From positions 2,542,001 to 2,601,495 of the forward strand of contig NC_059431.1 of NCBI RefSeq assembly GCF_021028975.2: a stretch of DNA of 59,495 nt, written 5' to 3'. A program made the translations under genes and the position numbers. Of the stretch, positions 1 to 43,860 are shown piece by piece. This DNA is from Sphaerodactylus townsendi. Lineage: Eukaryota. The notes under the pieces are model-generated. The model was not told the origin of the DNA. It did not search any database and was given only the letters and a program-made list of their open reading frames with translations. How positions within the stretch are numbered: the stretch's first letter is position 1; every line of letters starts with the position of its first letter.

Positions 1-1192
1 TGTGTGGAGTGTGTGTGTGGGGGGGGGGGGCGTGTGTGTGTGTGGGGGGGGGGCGTGTGTGTGTGGCCTCTGCCTTGAACTGCCTGCCCATCAAGAAGTC
101 TTGCAGATGCCGCCACCTCCAACAGGGGGGTCATCCTCCAGGTGGGGCCTGGGCATCTCCAGGCAAGACAGCTCAGTTCACTGGGAGAGGGGGGCTGCTG
201 CTGGGTGGGGGGGGCACTCTGTGGCATCCTCCTCCTCCTCCCTTGCCGAGGTTTCCTGCAATGTCCCAACTTGCAGCAGGCAGCCTGGTCCCCGAGGGGG
301 CTGAGCGGCCTGCCCTCTCGGCCCCCCTCCCCAATGGGGCAGATCCTCCTCTTGCCTCCAGCGGCCACTCTGCCCTGCTTCGGGGTGCTGGCCTGCAGGG
401 TGAGATCCAGCGGTGGGCGCAGGGTGGAACTCCAGACCAAACGGCTTCTTCGGAGGGTGAAGTCCAAATGCGGGCCTCGTACCCCCCCCCCCCGACCCCC
501 GCTCTCCCAACCAGGCTCCATTCCCAAAGCTCCAAGGACTTCCAAGCCCCGAGCTGGCCGCCCTCGGCCCGCGGCCCAAAGCCCCGACCCCGACCCAGCC
601 TGTCTCAGCCGTTCGGACGGCCCCGCCGTGCCCTGTGCTTCCGGCATGCGTCGCAAAGCAGATCCGTCGGGCAGGCAGAGCCAGCGCCGCGAAGCGCCCG
701 CCGCCGCCGCCGCCGCGCCTCGGCGGCACTTCCCCGCAGCCGCTGCTGGAGCCCGCAGCACTATCCAGGTGGGGACCCACGCCTGCAGGCCCGCCTCTCT
801 GGCCCCGGCCGGCTGCGCAGCTCGCAGAGGGCCGTGGTGGGCGTGCCGTGCCGTCGGAGGTCGGAGGAAGGGCAGGCCCCCAAGAGGACCAGGCGGCCCT
901 CTTGCCCAAGCCGGCCGGCCGGCAGGACAGCAGGGAGGGAGGGAGGGAGCCACCCACGGGCGCCGCCTCTGCAGGCCTCCTGGCCCGGCCCGGCGAAAGG
1001 GAGGCACCAGGGGGCGCTGCCCCTCCGCCGCTGCTGGCAAAGCGTCCGGGGGGGGGGGGGAGAGGGGCGGGCCGGGCCGGGCCGGGCCATGGAGGGGGCG
1101 GCCCCTCCCGGGGAGCGCAGCGCAGCGCAACGCAGCCGCCGTGCAGAAGGGCTGCCGAGGCCAGCCGAGAGCGCGCGTCCCCTGGCCCCGCC

Positions 1193-33843
<32,651 letters not shown>

Positions 33844-34608
33844 TGTGACTCCGCCCCCTCCTAGGACTCCTCCTCCTAAGGGTACAAGGCAGCGGCTGCT
33901 CCCAGCAAGAACCTCAGCAGCTGCATGGCACCTTGCTTTGTGTCTTGGAGCAAAGAGTATGAGAGAGAGAGAGAGAGAGACGGACAGGAAGAGCAGGAAG
34001 ACCCCCCTGGCTAGAGAGGCACCTGCTTGGCTGTGTCAAAGTGGGCAGGGCTGCTGCCCCCGCGAAATCAGCAGACCACCCCCATCCCTGATGCCAGCGA
34101 GGGCCCTGCAGCGTCCAGAGCAGGGGGGTGCCCGGTTCACTCTCAAACCTGCTTCCCGGCGGGGCCTGGCTGGTTCCTGGCCCCTGCGGCTTCCCCTGTT
34201 CCATACAGCTCAGCTGGCTGAGCCACCCGGTGACTGTTGCCTCCCTCCCTCCCCCCCAGTGTAAATATAGAAATCCAAACACAGGACTGAATATTTTGTG
34301 GAAATACAGACTTTATAACCCAAAATACTGGGCACCCTTTGTGTTGGTGTGAGGGGGAGGGGGCAGACAGCCTGTGCCGATCTGCCAGGGCGGGGGCAGA
34401 GACGAGTGCTGCACCAAAAGAGGAGTTGGAATGCCTGGGGGGGGGGCTCTCTCCCACCCGTGGGGGCTCCCAAGCAGCGCTTTGCTGCCTGCTGCTGAAT
34501 GGTGGGAGGCTGGGGTGCTTTCCTCTGCACGCTGCTCTCTTCCACCCCCCCCCACTCCACGCACGGCAAGGCAGGGCCCCCCCCCTGCTCCAGTGCCCCC
34601 TCGGTTTG

Positions 34609-34731
34609 CTAGGGCAGCGGGTGGTTCTCTGGGCTGCAAGGCACGGGGTCGTCGAGGCTCTCTGCTGCAGGAGTCGTGAAGGAGGCATTCTTCCTGAAGG
34701 GGGTGTCACCCGTCCGGATCTGGGAGACCCC
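34609..34731 (-). CDS. SPAG8: SPAG8 exon 7 (terminal)
   Basis: GVSQIRTGDTPFRKNASFTTP...PLP then TAG. Confidence 0.9.
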   Translation of the reverse strand, partial: GVSQIRTGDTPFRKNASFTTPAAESLDDPVPCSPENHPLP

Positions 34732-37700
34732 CTGGAGAGAGACAGGGAGGGGGCAGAGGAGTTCGCCTCCTGCCGCTGCGGACGTGGGCAGGGGGGTCTG
34801 ACTGAGATCCACCCCCGGCCCTGTTTGAGAAGCGGCATGGCCGTGCCTGCTCTACAGCACCCCAGCGCTGGAGGCCGGGGGTCACCCACCGAGCGTTCCT
34901 CCCTTTCTGGCCACAGCCCGGTCACAGAACAATTCGGGGGCAGGAGATTTGAGCAGCAGGCCCAGGCGAGGGGGGGCGAGGGGGGAGGGCTGGGGGTCTC
35001 ACTCACAGGCACCCGTCGGGCATGTTCCAGCCAGAAGGTCTGAGGCTGCTCGGTCCGGTAGTCGTGGGTCTGCAGACAGCAACAGTTGTGTGCCAGTCAC
35101 ACCCGGGCACAATGGTGGTTTGGACACAAAGGGCTGTCTAGTGGCACCCTGCCACTCAGTCCCATGTCAGTTGGGTCTCACCTTGGTGGGGGCAGGGGGC
35201 ATCGAGAAGAAGCTGTCCTGACGGTAGTCCCGGTGAGTGGTGGACAGGGACTCCATGGTGCCGGGGGGAGGGTCGACATCCTCCTCAAAGGCCTGCTTGC
35301 TGCACACAAGGACAGCAGCATCAGCAGCGGGGTTCCTGCCATGTGTGTGTGTGTGTGGGGGGGGAGACGGGGCCCCTCCATCCCCTGCGGCTGGAGGCCT
35401 AAGGAAGCCCTTGAAGGTCACGGGGCTCCCGACCAGCATCCCAAGGGCAGTGAGATCCGGGACCCTTCTCCTCTGAACTGCCCCCAACCCGAGCGACTTG
35501 GCTCCAGGGAACTAGTAAGGAGGAAAGCCTCTTCCCCAGAGCCAGAGCACCCTCGCGCCCTTTGGGACACTGGGATTCGGCACTGCCATCGTCCGGCCAG
35601 AAAGGGCCTCTGCTCCCTGCCTGAATGCTGGGGCTCAGCCACTCCCGCCCAGCCAGCATCCACGGCTCATCCTCAGCCGTGCTTCACTTCCCCAGAAGCT
35701 GGAATGGGCTGGAGCAGAAATCAGAAGTTACACCGAGCATTTGGTCAACTAGTAAACAGCCTGTTGACTCTGTGAAGAGACCCTCAGCTGACTTTGAAAC
35801 CTGAGATCCTTTCCCACGACCAACAGATCTGTCCTGAGGGTTAACTTCTTGGACCACGTGTGATTGGTGTTTGGAATATTCTGCCACAGGAGGTGGTGAT
35901 GGCCACTCACCTGGATAGCTTTAAAAGGGGCTTGGACAGATTGATGGAGGAGAAGTCGATCTATGGCTACCAATCTTGATCCTCCTTGATCTGAGGTTGC
36001 AAATGCCTTAGCAGACCAGGTGCTCGGGAGCAGCAGCAGCAGCAGAAGGCCATTGCTTTCACCTCCTGCATGTGAGCTCCCAAAGGCACCTGGTGGGCCA
36101 CTGCGAGTAGCAGAGAGCTGGACTAGATGGACTCTGGTCTGATCCAGCAGGCAAGTTCTTATGTTCTTATGACCAAGTGGCAGCAAAGGGTTGCGGGGAG
36201 AGCCCATTTCTGTAAGGCCAGCAGAGCGAACCAAGATGGCTCTTGCACACACACACACGACATAGCCACGGAACTTCCTGCGCCTCGACTCGTGCCTGTC
36301 TTCATGTATGTGAGCATTAGGCGGTAGAATTTATGTTTACTGCACCCACTTACTTGAATACTGATTGTACCTGAACCTTTTCTTTTGTAATGAAATAAAC
36401 AAAATGAAGTTTTATCGGTGTAGTTCTGCCATTTGCAAGGGTCCAACCCTGACTTGGCCCCAGTTAGGTTGAAAGGGGATTGAATTCCCGGCTCCAGGTA
36501 TGGGACAGGAGCATTAAAGGCCAGGCAGGTTCTGACACCCCCTCCCCCCCCCCCCCCGCAGCCAGGGCTGGGAAACTGGTCTGGATTGTGGATGGCCAGT
36601 CGAATCCTGCTGCGTTGGGAAGGGGCTGACGACAAGAGCCAAGCCGGGCAAGGAGCCAGGTAGAGTTGATGGCACCCGCCAAACCACCATCCCCGGTCCT
36701 GAGGAGGAGGGAAGGTACGCAGCGCTCACCTGTATTTCTGGTACAAGAGCCATTCCATCATGGCCTCACGCTGGCCTGGCAAAGAAGGACACAGAAAGGT
36801 CAGAGTGGTCGCCTTGGAACACCAGTTCCCCCGACCCGCCTCAGACCTCCCGCCCCACAGACTGGCACCAGAGGGGCTCGGCACCCCTTCCCACCAGCCA
36901 CTGGAGCAGAGGGCCACAGAGGTCGCCTGGGCCAGTCCAGTTGTGGGGCTTTCTGGCTCTGCCTGCCAATGGAAAGCAAGAGGTCTGGAAGCCCATCCGG
37001 TGCCCAGGAGGCCTGGAGTCCCGCTGGCTTCAGCCCCTTTCACCAAGCCAGCCCCTCCCCCCCCACGGCTACCACTCTGCAGGCCTAGCAAAGAGGCCTC
37101 CCAAGTGGCCGGCGGGGGGCGGTGGACCGGGAGCCTTGGGGACCCCTCCCCTCACTGGGAGAAGGGCTGGGCTGACGACCCTGGTGCTGTCAGCAGCTTG
37201 GGCCAGGGGACTCAGGCAGGAAAGCCCGATTGGGGGGGGCTTTCCCAGGCCACAAGGCAGCACCCGCAGCATCAGGCACCCCGTTTTTCTGGAGGGGGCC
37301 CCACCTCCCGCCCTAGGCAGGCCCTGCTGCCCGTCCCACCTCGTGGCGGGAGCGCGGTGGGCCACCTGCCGGGGCTGCGGTAGGAGTCCTTGGTGGTGGT
37401 GCTGGAGGCCAGGCCGGCGAGGCGCTGGAGCGTGAGCAGGCCCCGGTGCCCGTGCCGGAAGTAGAAGCCCTCCGAGCCGTCCTCGGGGCTCGGCACGCGG
37501 TCCAGTTCCTGGGTGGCCCTCTGCGCGGCAAAGCGGAGACGGGGAGGCGGTGGGCGTGAGTGCGGGATGCGCTCCGGAATGGGGCGGCGGCAGCTTTTGG
37601 GGCCGATCAATGGGGCTGCCGGAGGAACTGTGTGGGGGGGTGTGAAAGCCCCGGCCCCCTCCCCCCATGTGGGCAGGCAGAGGCCACGTCGTCGTCGTCC

Positions 37701-38200
37701 CCCCCCACGGCAGTCTTTCCCTGGCTTAGTGCATTCAAATGACTTCCTCCCCGTTGCCTTGTTGCCCCCCTTACAAGGACGGGCCCTGCGAGGTGGGCCA
37801 GCGCGATTAGATCCCCTGAGTCAGGACGGCGGGGTGGGGGTGACCGTTCCAAAAAGCCGCGGGGCTGGGCGGGAGAGGGAAGCCGGGCCGCCTTACCTCC
37901 TCCTGCCAGTTGCCCAGCAGGCAGTGCCCGCGGGCGGGGGGCGGCCCGGGGGGCTCCAGCGGCAGCAGCAAGGCCAGGGGGGGCTCCGGCGGCCCGGGAG
38001 GCGCCTCCGAGGCCGGAGGGTCGGGTTCCAAGGCGATGGGGGCCTCCACGCCCCCCACTTCCCCCGCGCACGGCGGCGGCTCCCACCTGCGGACGAGAGA
38101 GAGGCGCTCAGCTCGGCCCCGCCCCCAACTCCCCCGGGCCAGGCGAGGAGGCGGGGCTTGCGGGCCCTCACCCGGCCGCTCCCGCCGGCTCCTCCGCCAT
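34609..38200 (-). CDS. SPAG8: Sperm-associated antigen 8 (ciliary/sperm microtubule inner protein); 7 coding exons, 750 nt, 249 aa
   Basis: complement(join(34609-34731,35007-35069,35182-35299,36730-36775,37340-37520,37897-38086,38172-38200)). SPAG8 motifs RGHCLLGNWQEE, GSEGFYFRHGHRGLLT, TTTKDSY, QREAM, STTHRDY, HDYRTEQPQTFW, GVSQIRTGDTPFRKNASFTTP. GT-AG throughout; same position as human (convergent with NPR2). The first micro-exon is the least certain part. Confidence 0.9.
35007..35069 (-). CDS. SPAG8: SPAG8 exon 6
   Basis: THDYRTEQPQTFWLEHARRVP. Confidence 0.9.
35182..35299 (-). CDS. SPAG8: SPAG8 exon 5
   Basis: KQAFEE...STTHRDY...PAPTK. Confidence 0.9.
35856..36171 (+). mobile_element. 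CR1 3' end, same subfamily as 9858-10550, in a SPAG8 intron
   Basis: Near-identical to the reverse complement of 9858-10180; ends ttcttatgttcttatg. Confidence 0.88.
36730..36775 (-). CDS. SPAG8: SPAG8 exon 4
   Basis: GQREAMMEWLLYQKY. Confidence 0.88.
37340..37520 (-). CDS. SPAG8: SPAG8 exon 3
   Basis: RATQELDRVP...RHGHRGLLT...PPR. Confidence 0.9.
37897..38086 (-). CDS. SPAG8: SPAG8 exon 2
   Basis: WEPPPC...RGHCLLGNWQEE; donor gtaagg. Confidence 0.8.
38172..38200 (-). CDS. SPAG8: SPAG8 coding exon 1 (predicted)
   Basis: gggATGg MAEEPAGAA, phase-2 donor gg|gtgagg that fits the acceptor at 38086; just downstream of X-box/CCAAT/GC boxes. Confidence 0.65.
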
Positions 38201-38229
38201 CCCTCCGCTCCTCCGGCAGCCGCGTCCTG

Positions 38230-38290
38230 GTAGCCACGGAGACGGGCGGGGCGGGGCGAAGACAGCCGGCCTCCCTCATTGGCCACGCCC
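38230..38290 (-). promoter_or_regulatory. SPAG8 proximal promoter: RFX X-box, GC boxes, CCAAT box
   Basis: GTCTCCGTGGCTAC (- strand, 38243-38230) resembles the RFX X-box; ggggcgggg at 38245-38258; CCAAT on - strand at 38278-38282; inside a CpG island. Confidence 0.6.
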
Positions 38291-38518
38291 CGCCGCCGCC
38301 CGCTCTGCACGTGGACAGAGGCACGCTCGCCCATCGCCTGGCCGCCCCCAACCCTCTGCCAGGAGGGCACCTTCGGGGGGGTGGGTGCCGAGGAGTCCTG
38401 TCTGGGGGGCGCGGAAACCCCTTTCGCCCCCTTCCCTCCCCGCCACTGCCCCAGCAGGAACTGATTCCCCCCCAATAAACGCCCCCCCCCCCCGCAACCC
38501 TAACCCTAACCCTAACTG

Positions 38519-39915
38519 GAGCCCTGGGCAAAACCTGAGTTGGATTGCCCGCCCCCCCCCCCCCCATGGGCGGCTAATCCACCACAACCAATTTTTTTTT
38601 GCACCAGGACATTGGTGCCTGCAAAGGGTGCATTTTAGAACATAATAGGACAAAATGCCTCAGCATATCATCCCATGGGATGCACATGTCCATATGCTAC
38701 TCCCCAAGTTTGGTAAAGGTTTGGTTCAAAGGGAAGTCCAAAGTTGCTATCTAAGTGGGACTCCCAAAGAGGATACCCCATCCCCATTGTTTCCAACTTG
38801 AGTAGAGACTAATTAGGGAGATAGGGGGCTACAGTTTTTTGAGGGTCCATAACTTTGGCCCCCCTGAAGACCAAACTGCACCAAAACTTTCCCTGGGGGA
38901 GTATCACCGCTCAATACCGGCAGTCTCCCTGGATAGAGACCCTGAACATCTGTTGAGGACTGTGCCTTCAGAAATGCCTCCCCCAGTACCTGCAACTCCT
39001 CATGGACAGCAATACAGAGAAACTCAATGCAGAACAAGAGATTCTTGGGCAAATTTCGCAGGATGTTCCACTTGCAGGGGGGGCGCATTTTTGGATGTAT
39101 TGGCACCAAGAAAATTTCCAAGGGTATCATCTGCTTGGGAAACTGTTCTTATGAGTACCCCAAAGTTTATGTGCAGTTTGGTTTTAGGGGGGTCCAAAGT
39201 TGCTTGGACCCTGCAGAGAGGGTGCCCCATCCCCATCATTCTTTGCTAAAGGAGATGGGGGCTACCCTTTCGAGGTGGGTCCATAACTTTTGGACCCCTT
39301 GAACCAAACTGCACCACAGGGGACTTGGGGGGTGCCATCATCTACAGATGATACCCTAGAAATTTTGGTGCTGGATACATCAAAAATGCACCCCTGCAGG
39401 AATTTTTAATCCTAGAAATTTGCCCAAGATTCTTTTGTTCTGCATTGAGTTTTCTGCATTGCTGTCAATGGGTTGCAGGCTGGGGCACATGGCTCTGAAG
39501 GCACAGTTCATTATTTTAGGAGACCCTCATCAGGAGACTTCCCTAATGATACCCCCCAAGTTTGATGCAGTTTGGTTCAGGAGGGCCAAAGTTATGGACC
39601 CTCAAACTGCAGCCCCCATCTCCTATTAGCTCCCATTGGAAACAATGGGGGATAGGGGCACCCCTTTTGGGGGTCCATAACTTTGGACTCCTTGAACCAA
39701 ACCTCACCAAACTTGGGGGGTAGCATAAGGACAGTCTCCTGATGATACCCTGATGATGATACCCTTGGTGCCGCTAGCCTAAAAACTGCGCCCCCTTCAG
39801 GCCAAAAATGGAAAACCACTAAAATACCCAAAAACGAACCCAGCATTTTGATGCCCCCCCACAAGGTGATGCCCTGGGCAGTTGCCCACCTTGCCCAATG
39901 GGCATTACGCCAGTG
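38519..39915. mobile_element. Large internally palindromic non-autonomous DNA element (foldback/hAT-like)
   Basis: 38700-38890 is the inverted copy of 39550-39720, and 39005-39060 of 39410-39467; homologous to 59051-59389; end cattacgccagtg. Confidence 0.7.
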
Positions 39916-40422
39916 CCCCCCAGATGTGTCTGCTCTAAAGACATCGGGTGGGGGGAGGGCTGAGCCCCCAAGCCAGAGCCGGAGGGCGGGGTAGAGCCGA
40001 AGAGTGGCGACCTAAGCTGCGAGGGACACGTGTTCGAATCTCTCCACACACACACCGTGCCCTGGCAGGTGGCCTGGTTATGGTGCCACCCACCAGGAGG
40101 TACACATGAGGGCCTGACCTTAGTTTGACAGAGGTGAGGCAGCGTGCGGCTGAGAATGGCAGCAATTCTGCCGTGTCGCGGTCGTCGGGGGGGGGGGGGG
40201 GGGGCGGTTCCTACTGGATTGTGGCCCCTCTTTGTGGGGATGTCTCCGTCTGACTGAAGAGACTTCTCATGGGGGGGGGGGGCGATGCAAAATTGTATTT
40301 TCTGGAAGACTCAACGGTGTGCTGTTTCTTCATGTGGTCAGTGATGCCGGAGGTGGGGGGGAGTGCCTAAGTTTTGGGAAGTTCAGGCAAGTTCTGGGGC
40401 GCATCTGGAGAGTTCTGCTTCT

Positions 40423-40658
40423 NNNNNNNNNNNNNNNNNNNNNNNNNNNNNNNNNNNNNNNNNNNNNNNNNNNNNNNNNNNNNNNNNNNNNNNNNNNNNN
40501 NNNNNNNNNNNNNNNNNNNNNNNNNNNNNNNNNNNNNNNNNNNNNNNNNNNNNNNNNNNNNNNNNNNNNNNNNNNNNNNNNNNNNNNNNNNNNNNNNNNN
40601 NNNNNNNNNNNNNNNNNNNNNNNNNNNNNNNNNNNNNNNNNNNNNNNNNNNNNNNNNN
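40423..40658. other. Assembly gap (236 N)
   Basis: Run of N. Confidence 1.
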
Positions 40659-42980
40659 CGGGTGGTTGATGCACGTTGCTCGGGGCTCACAGAAGAGGGG
40701 GAGGAAACGAGTCCCTTCCCAGAAGAGCGTGGAAGGTGAAATTCAGCAGGAGAAACAATCAGTTGCACTGGAGGAGAGATGGAGGGGAGGGGGGGAGTGT
40801 CTGGCCCATCCAGTCAGCTGTTTCAGGTGGGTTATAAGGTAGGTAAGATATTGGGTTTAATTTATTCAGAAATTTCCAGTTATATGACAGTGTGTGTTCT
40901 ATGAATTAGGTGTTCTCCTCTTCCTCTCCTCCTTTTCAGATGAAAACACCTGTCTGTCGGGGCTGCTGCTCCTGGATGTGTTATGTGTTACCTTCAATAA
41001 TCTCGTTTGTATACATGACCCCTTTGGCAGGCCAGGTTGGCCGAAACACGCCTGGCCCCTTGTTGGTCACTCACGTGATTGTTCGCTCGACAGCGTTTGA
41101 GATTTTGTGTAACAGTTCAGACTGATTTCAGACCTTGTGTTTTTAACAAATATCGTGTCCACCATTTAATACATATTTTGTTATGAATTTTGCAGTTTTC
41201 AGCTCAACCTTTGAGAGTCCCTGAGCTATGAGGAGGGTTCATGGAGGGGGGGCTGAGAAAGGTTTCATTGTGTGTGGGGGGGTGTATTCTGGGGAGTTTA
41301 GAGGCCGGGTTCCGTGAGCCGGATGGGAGGCTCAGCATGTCTGCCTTTCATGCCGTGGGATCGTGAGCTGCTCTGGCTCTTTGGGATGGGGCCGCTGCTC
41401 TGTGGACATAGAAGCCCCCCCCCCTCCACCACACTGTTGGGAATGAAGGAAGGCTGGGGCAGCCTCCAGCACAACTTGGAAAGGCTGGGACCTTGCTCTT
41501 AAGGGCTTTAGCAAGTGGGGGGGGGTCATTCCTCCAGCCCCCAGTGGAGCCACTTCTTAACTGTTGCCTTGGCTTTGTAGCCTGTGGTCCCTGCTTCTGC
41601 CCAAATATCCACTTTCTGGGGTGGTGTTGGGGCAGCCTGGCTCCCTCCCCATCCCCTTTTGTGTGGGAGGTAGATGTATGCTGGGAAACTCCCCCCCCCC
41701 CCGACTTTCCTTCAGCTTGGGAAAAGGCAACCCCGCATGCAAAGACTGCCTGTGCCTCCCTTCACTCCCTGGGCAGTCATGGAAATCTTGCGGGTGGGGG
41801 TGGAGAATGTAAAGCTGAGCTGGGCTGTGCTGGTTGAAGCAGGAACTGACATACCCCTCCCCTTTTCAGACCACTTGATCCTTGGGGGGGGGTATCAGGA
41901 AAGGAGCAAGCCAAACAAAGCACCCCCCCCCCACTACCCACAGGCCCAGTTTAGCCTGGGAGGGTCCTGGCTGGTATCTGACAGCTGCCGATGCCTGTGA
42001 GCAGCTGAGACACCCCCCCCCTTGGCAGCCTCCTCTCTGTTGGGAATGTCTGTCCTCCCTGGTGAGTTTCCGAATGCCTGGCAAATGCTTCCCCCGTACG
42101 CACACCCACACACGGAGGCTGCCCAGCCAGCCAGGCCTGTTCCAAGGTCATTGGCTCCCCCAGCCAAAGTCAACATGGAGCAGTGCCCCCTCCCTGCACG
42201 TGGCGAGCTGCAAACAGCTGGCCCTGCAGGGTGGGCATGGGGGGGGGCAAGGGGCCCTGGAAATGCCTCCAGAGGCACGGAGGACTCCTCACTCTGCACC
42301 CGCCTTCCCCTGCCTCTGGCTCTGGGCCGCTTCCCTGAGCACACAGAGGCCAGCAGCAGGCAGCGCTCAGAGGGACGTGGCCCCCCTGGCCAACAGGGAT
42401 GGAGGCCGCCGACTGCCAAAGGAAATCTCTCCTGCCGCCAGAGGTTGGCACATCTGCTTATTGGTTGGCTTCCCCTTGTTTGTCCTGAGTCAGGAATGAC
42501 TGTGAGTTCCAGCATTAGGGAAGGGGCAGGAGGTGCATCCAATTCAGCCCCCACCCCACCCCCAATGTTTCTATTCCTGGGCTGCACCGCGATGGCTCAT
42601 CAAGAGAGAGGAGGAAGCAAAGGATGGACCTCCGAAGCCTCCGACCAGGGGCAGAGCAGGAGTCTCCCAGTGGCATCTTCTGGGAAGAGATGGAAGCCCA
42701 AGTGGGCCAAACACACCCTCAGGCTGCAGAGCGATCCAAGAGAAGCAGCACGGGGCTAACAGGGCATTGTGGGCTGACTGGCAAACATCCGCCCATGGAG
42801 GGCCCAAGTCCGTTCCTGGCCGTGCCGAAGCCAGAGTGCACCCGGAGACAACCCAAGATCTTGGATTGGTCTCACGACACCCTTCCCTACAAGGAGCAAG
42901 TGGGAAGAAGGTGGGTTGTTTTCAAAAACCCACAAAGAAAAAGCAAGGAGCACGGTGTGTTATTATTGGTAATGAGGAGG

Positions 42981-43291
42981 GAAGAAGAAGAAAGGGAATA
43001 AGAAGTTTACTGGATGGCCATATCCCCCCTTTCTCCCCTGCAGGGGACCCAAAGGAACTTACAACCTCCTTGCCCTCCCTCACAACAAACACCCTGTGAG
43101 GTGGGTGGGGCTGAGAGAGCTCAGAAGAACTGTGACTAGCCCAAGGTCACCCAGCTGGCGTGTGTGGGAGTGCACAGGCTAATCTGAATTCCCCAGATAA
43201 GCCTCTGCAGCTCAGGCGGCAGAGCTGGGAATCAAACCCGGTTCCTCCAGATTAGATACACGAGCTCTTAACCTCCTACGCCGCTGCTGCT
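42981..43291 (-). mobile_element. Squam3-like SINE, well preserved
   Basis: gactagcccaaggtcacccagc, ggaatcaaacccggtt (B-box), (gaa)n tail. Confidence 0.8.
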
Positions 43292-43860
43292 CGGAAGCCG
43301 TTTGGTGTCTCTTCTGAGGACCGGGCAATGGCGGAAGAAGACACACAAGAGCTAGCCTCCAAGGAAGGCCCCGGAAGAACGGCAGGATCTGCAGGAGGGA
43401 AGGCCGTGCGTGGCAGGTCCTCAGCCAGGTCATGTAGTGTTGTCAAGGGCAAGACCAGCTCTTTGAGCTGGGCCCAGAAGACGACTGGGCAGACTGTAAA
43501 CTAGACAGGGGATCTACTTGGTTTTTGCCCCAGCAGCCATGTTTTTGGACCTGCTGGTGACCCTGCACCCACAGGGGATCAGCTCTGGCTCCTCGATGGC
43601 TGTGCTGGACCATCTTGGGAATCCCTTTTTATCCCACAGCAGAGGTGGCAGAGTTGGTGCCTGCCTTGCGCTGGGGGGGGGGGGCGATCAGCACCACACT
43701 CCCTTCTTCGTTTGAAAAGCCTCCCCTTAAGCATCGTCTGCTGAGGACAGGCTAGCAGGCTTGGACAGTTGGTGGAATTTACTGCATTTCTCAAAATGAA
43801 TCAGTCCCTGGGCTTATGTGCCCAGTTGATTCAGAAACCGAATTGTGGTCGTGTGGCCTG

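Noticed and set aside
40660-41230. Possible second LTR beside the gap
   Set aside because: No termini or TSD could be defined; 5' side lies in Ns
42022-43099. Overlapping ORFs of 125-245 aa as a possible unannotated gene
   Set aside because: No recognisable homology or convincing exon chain
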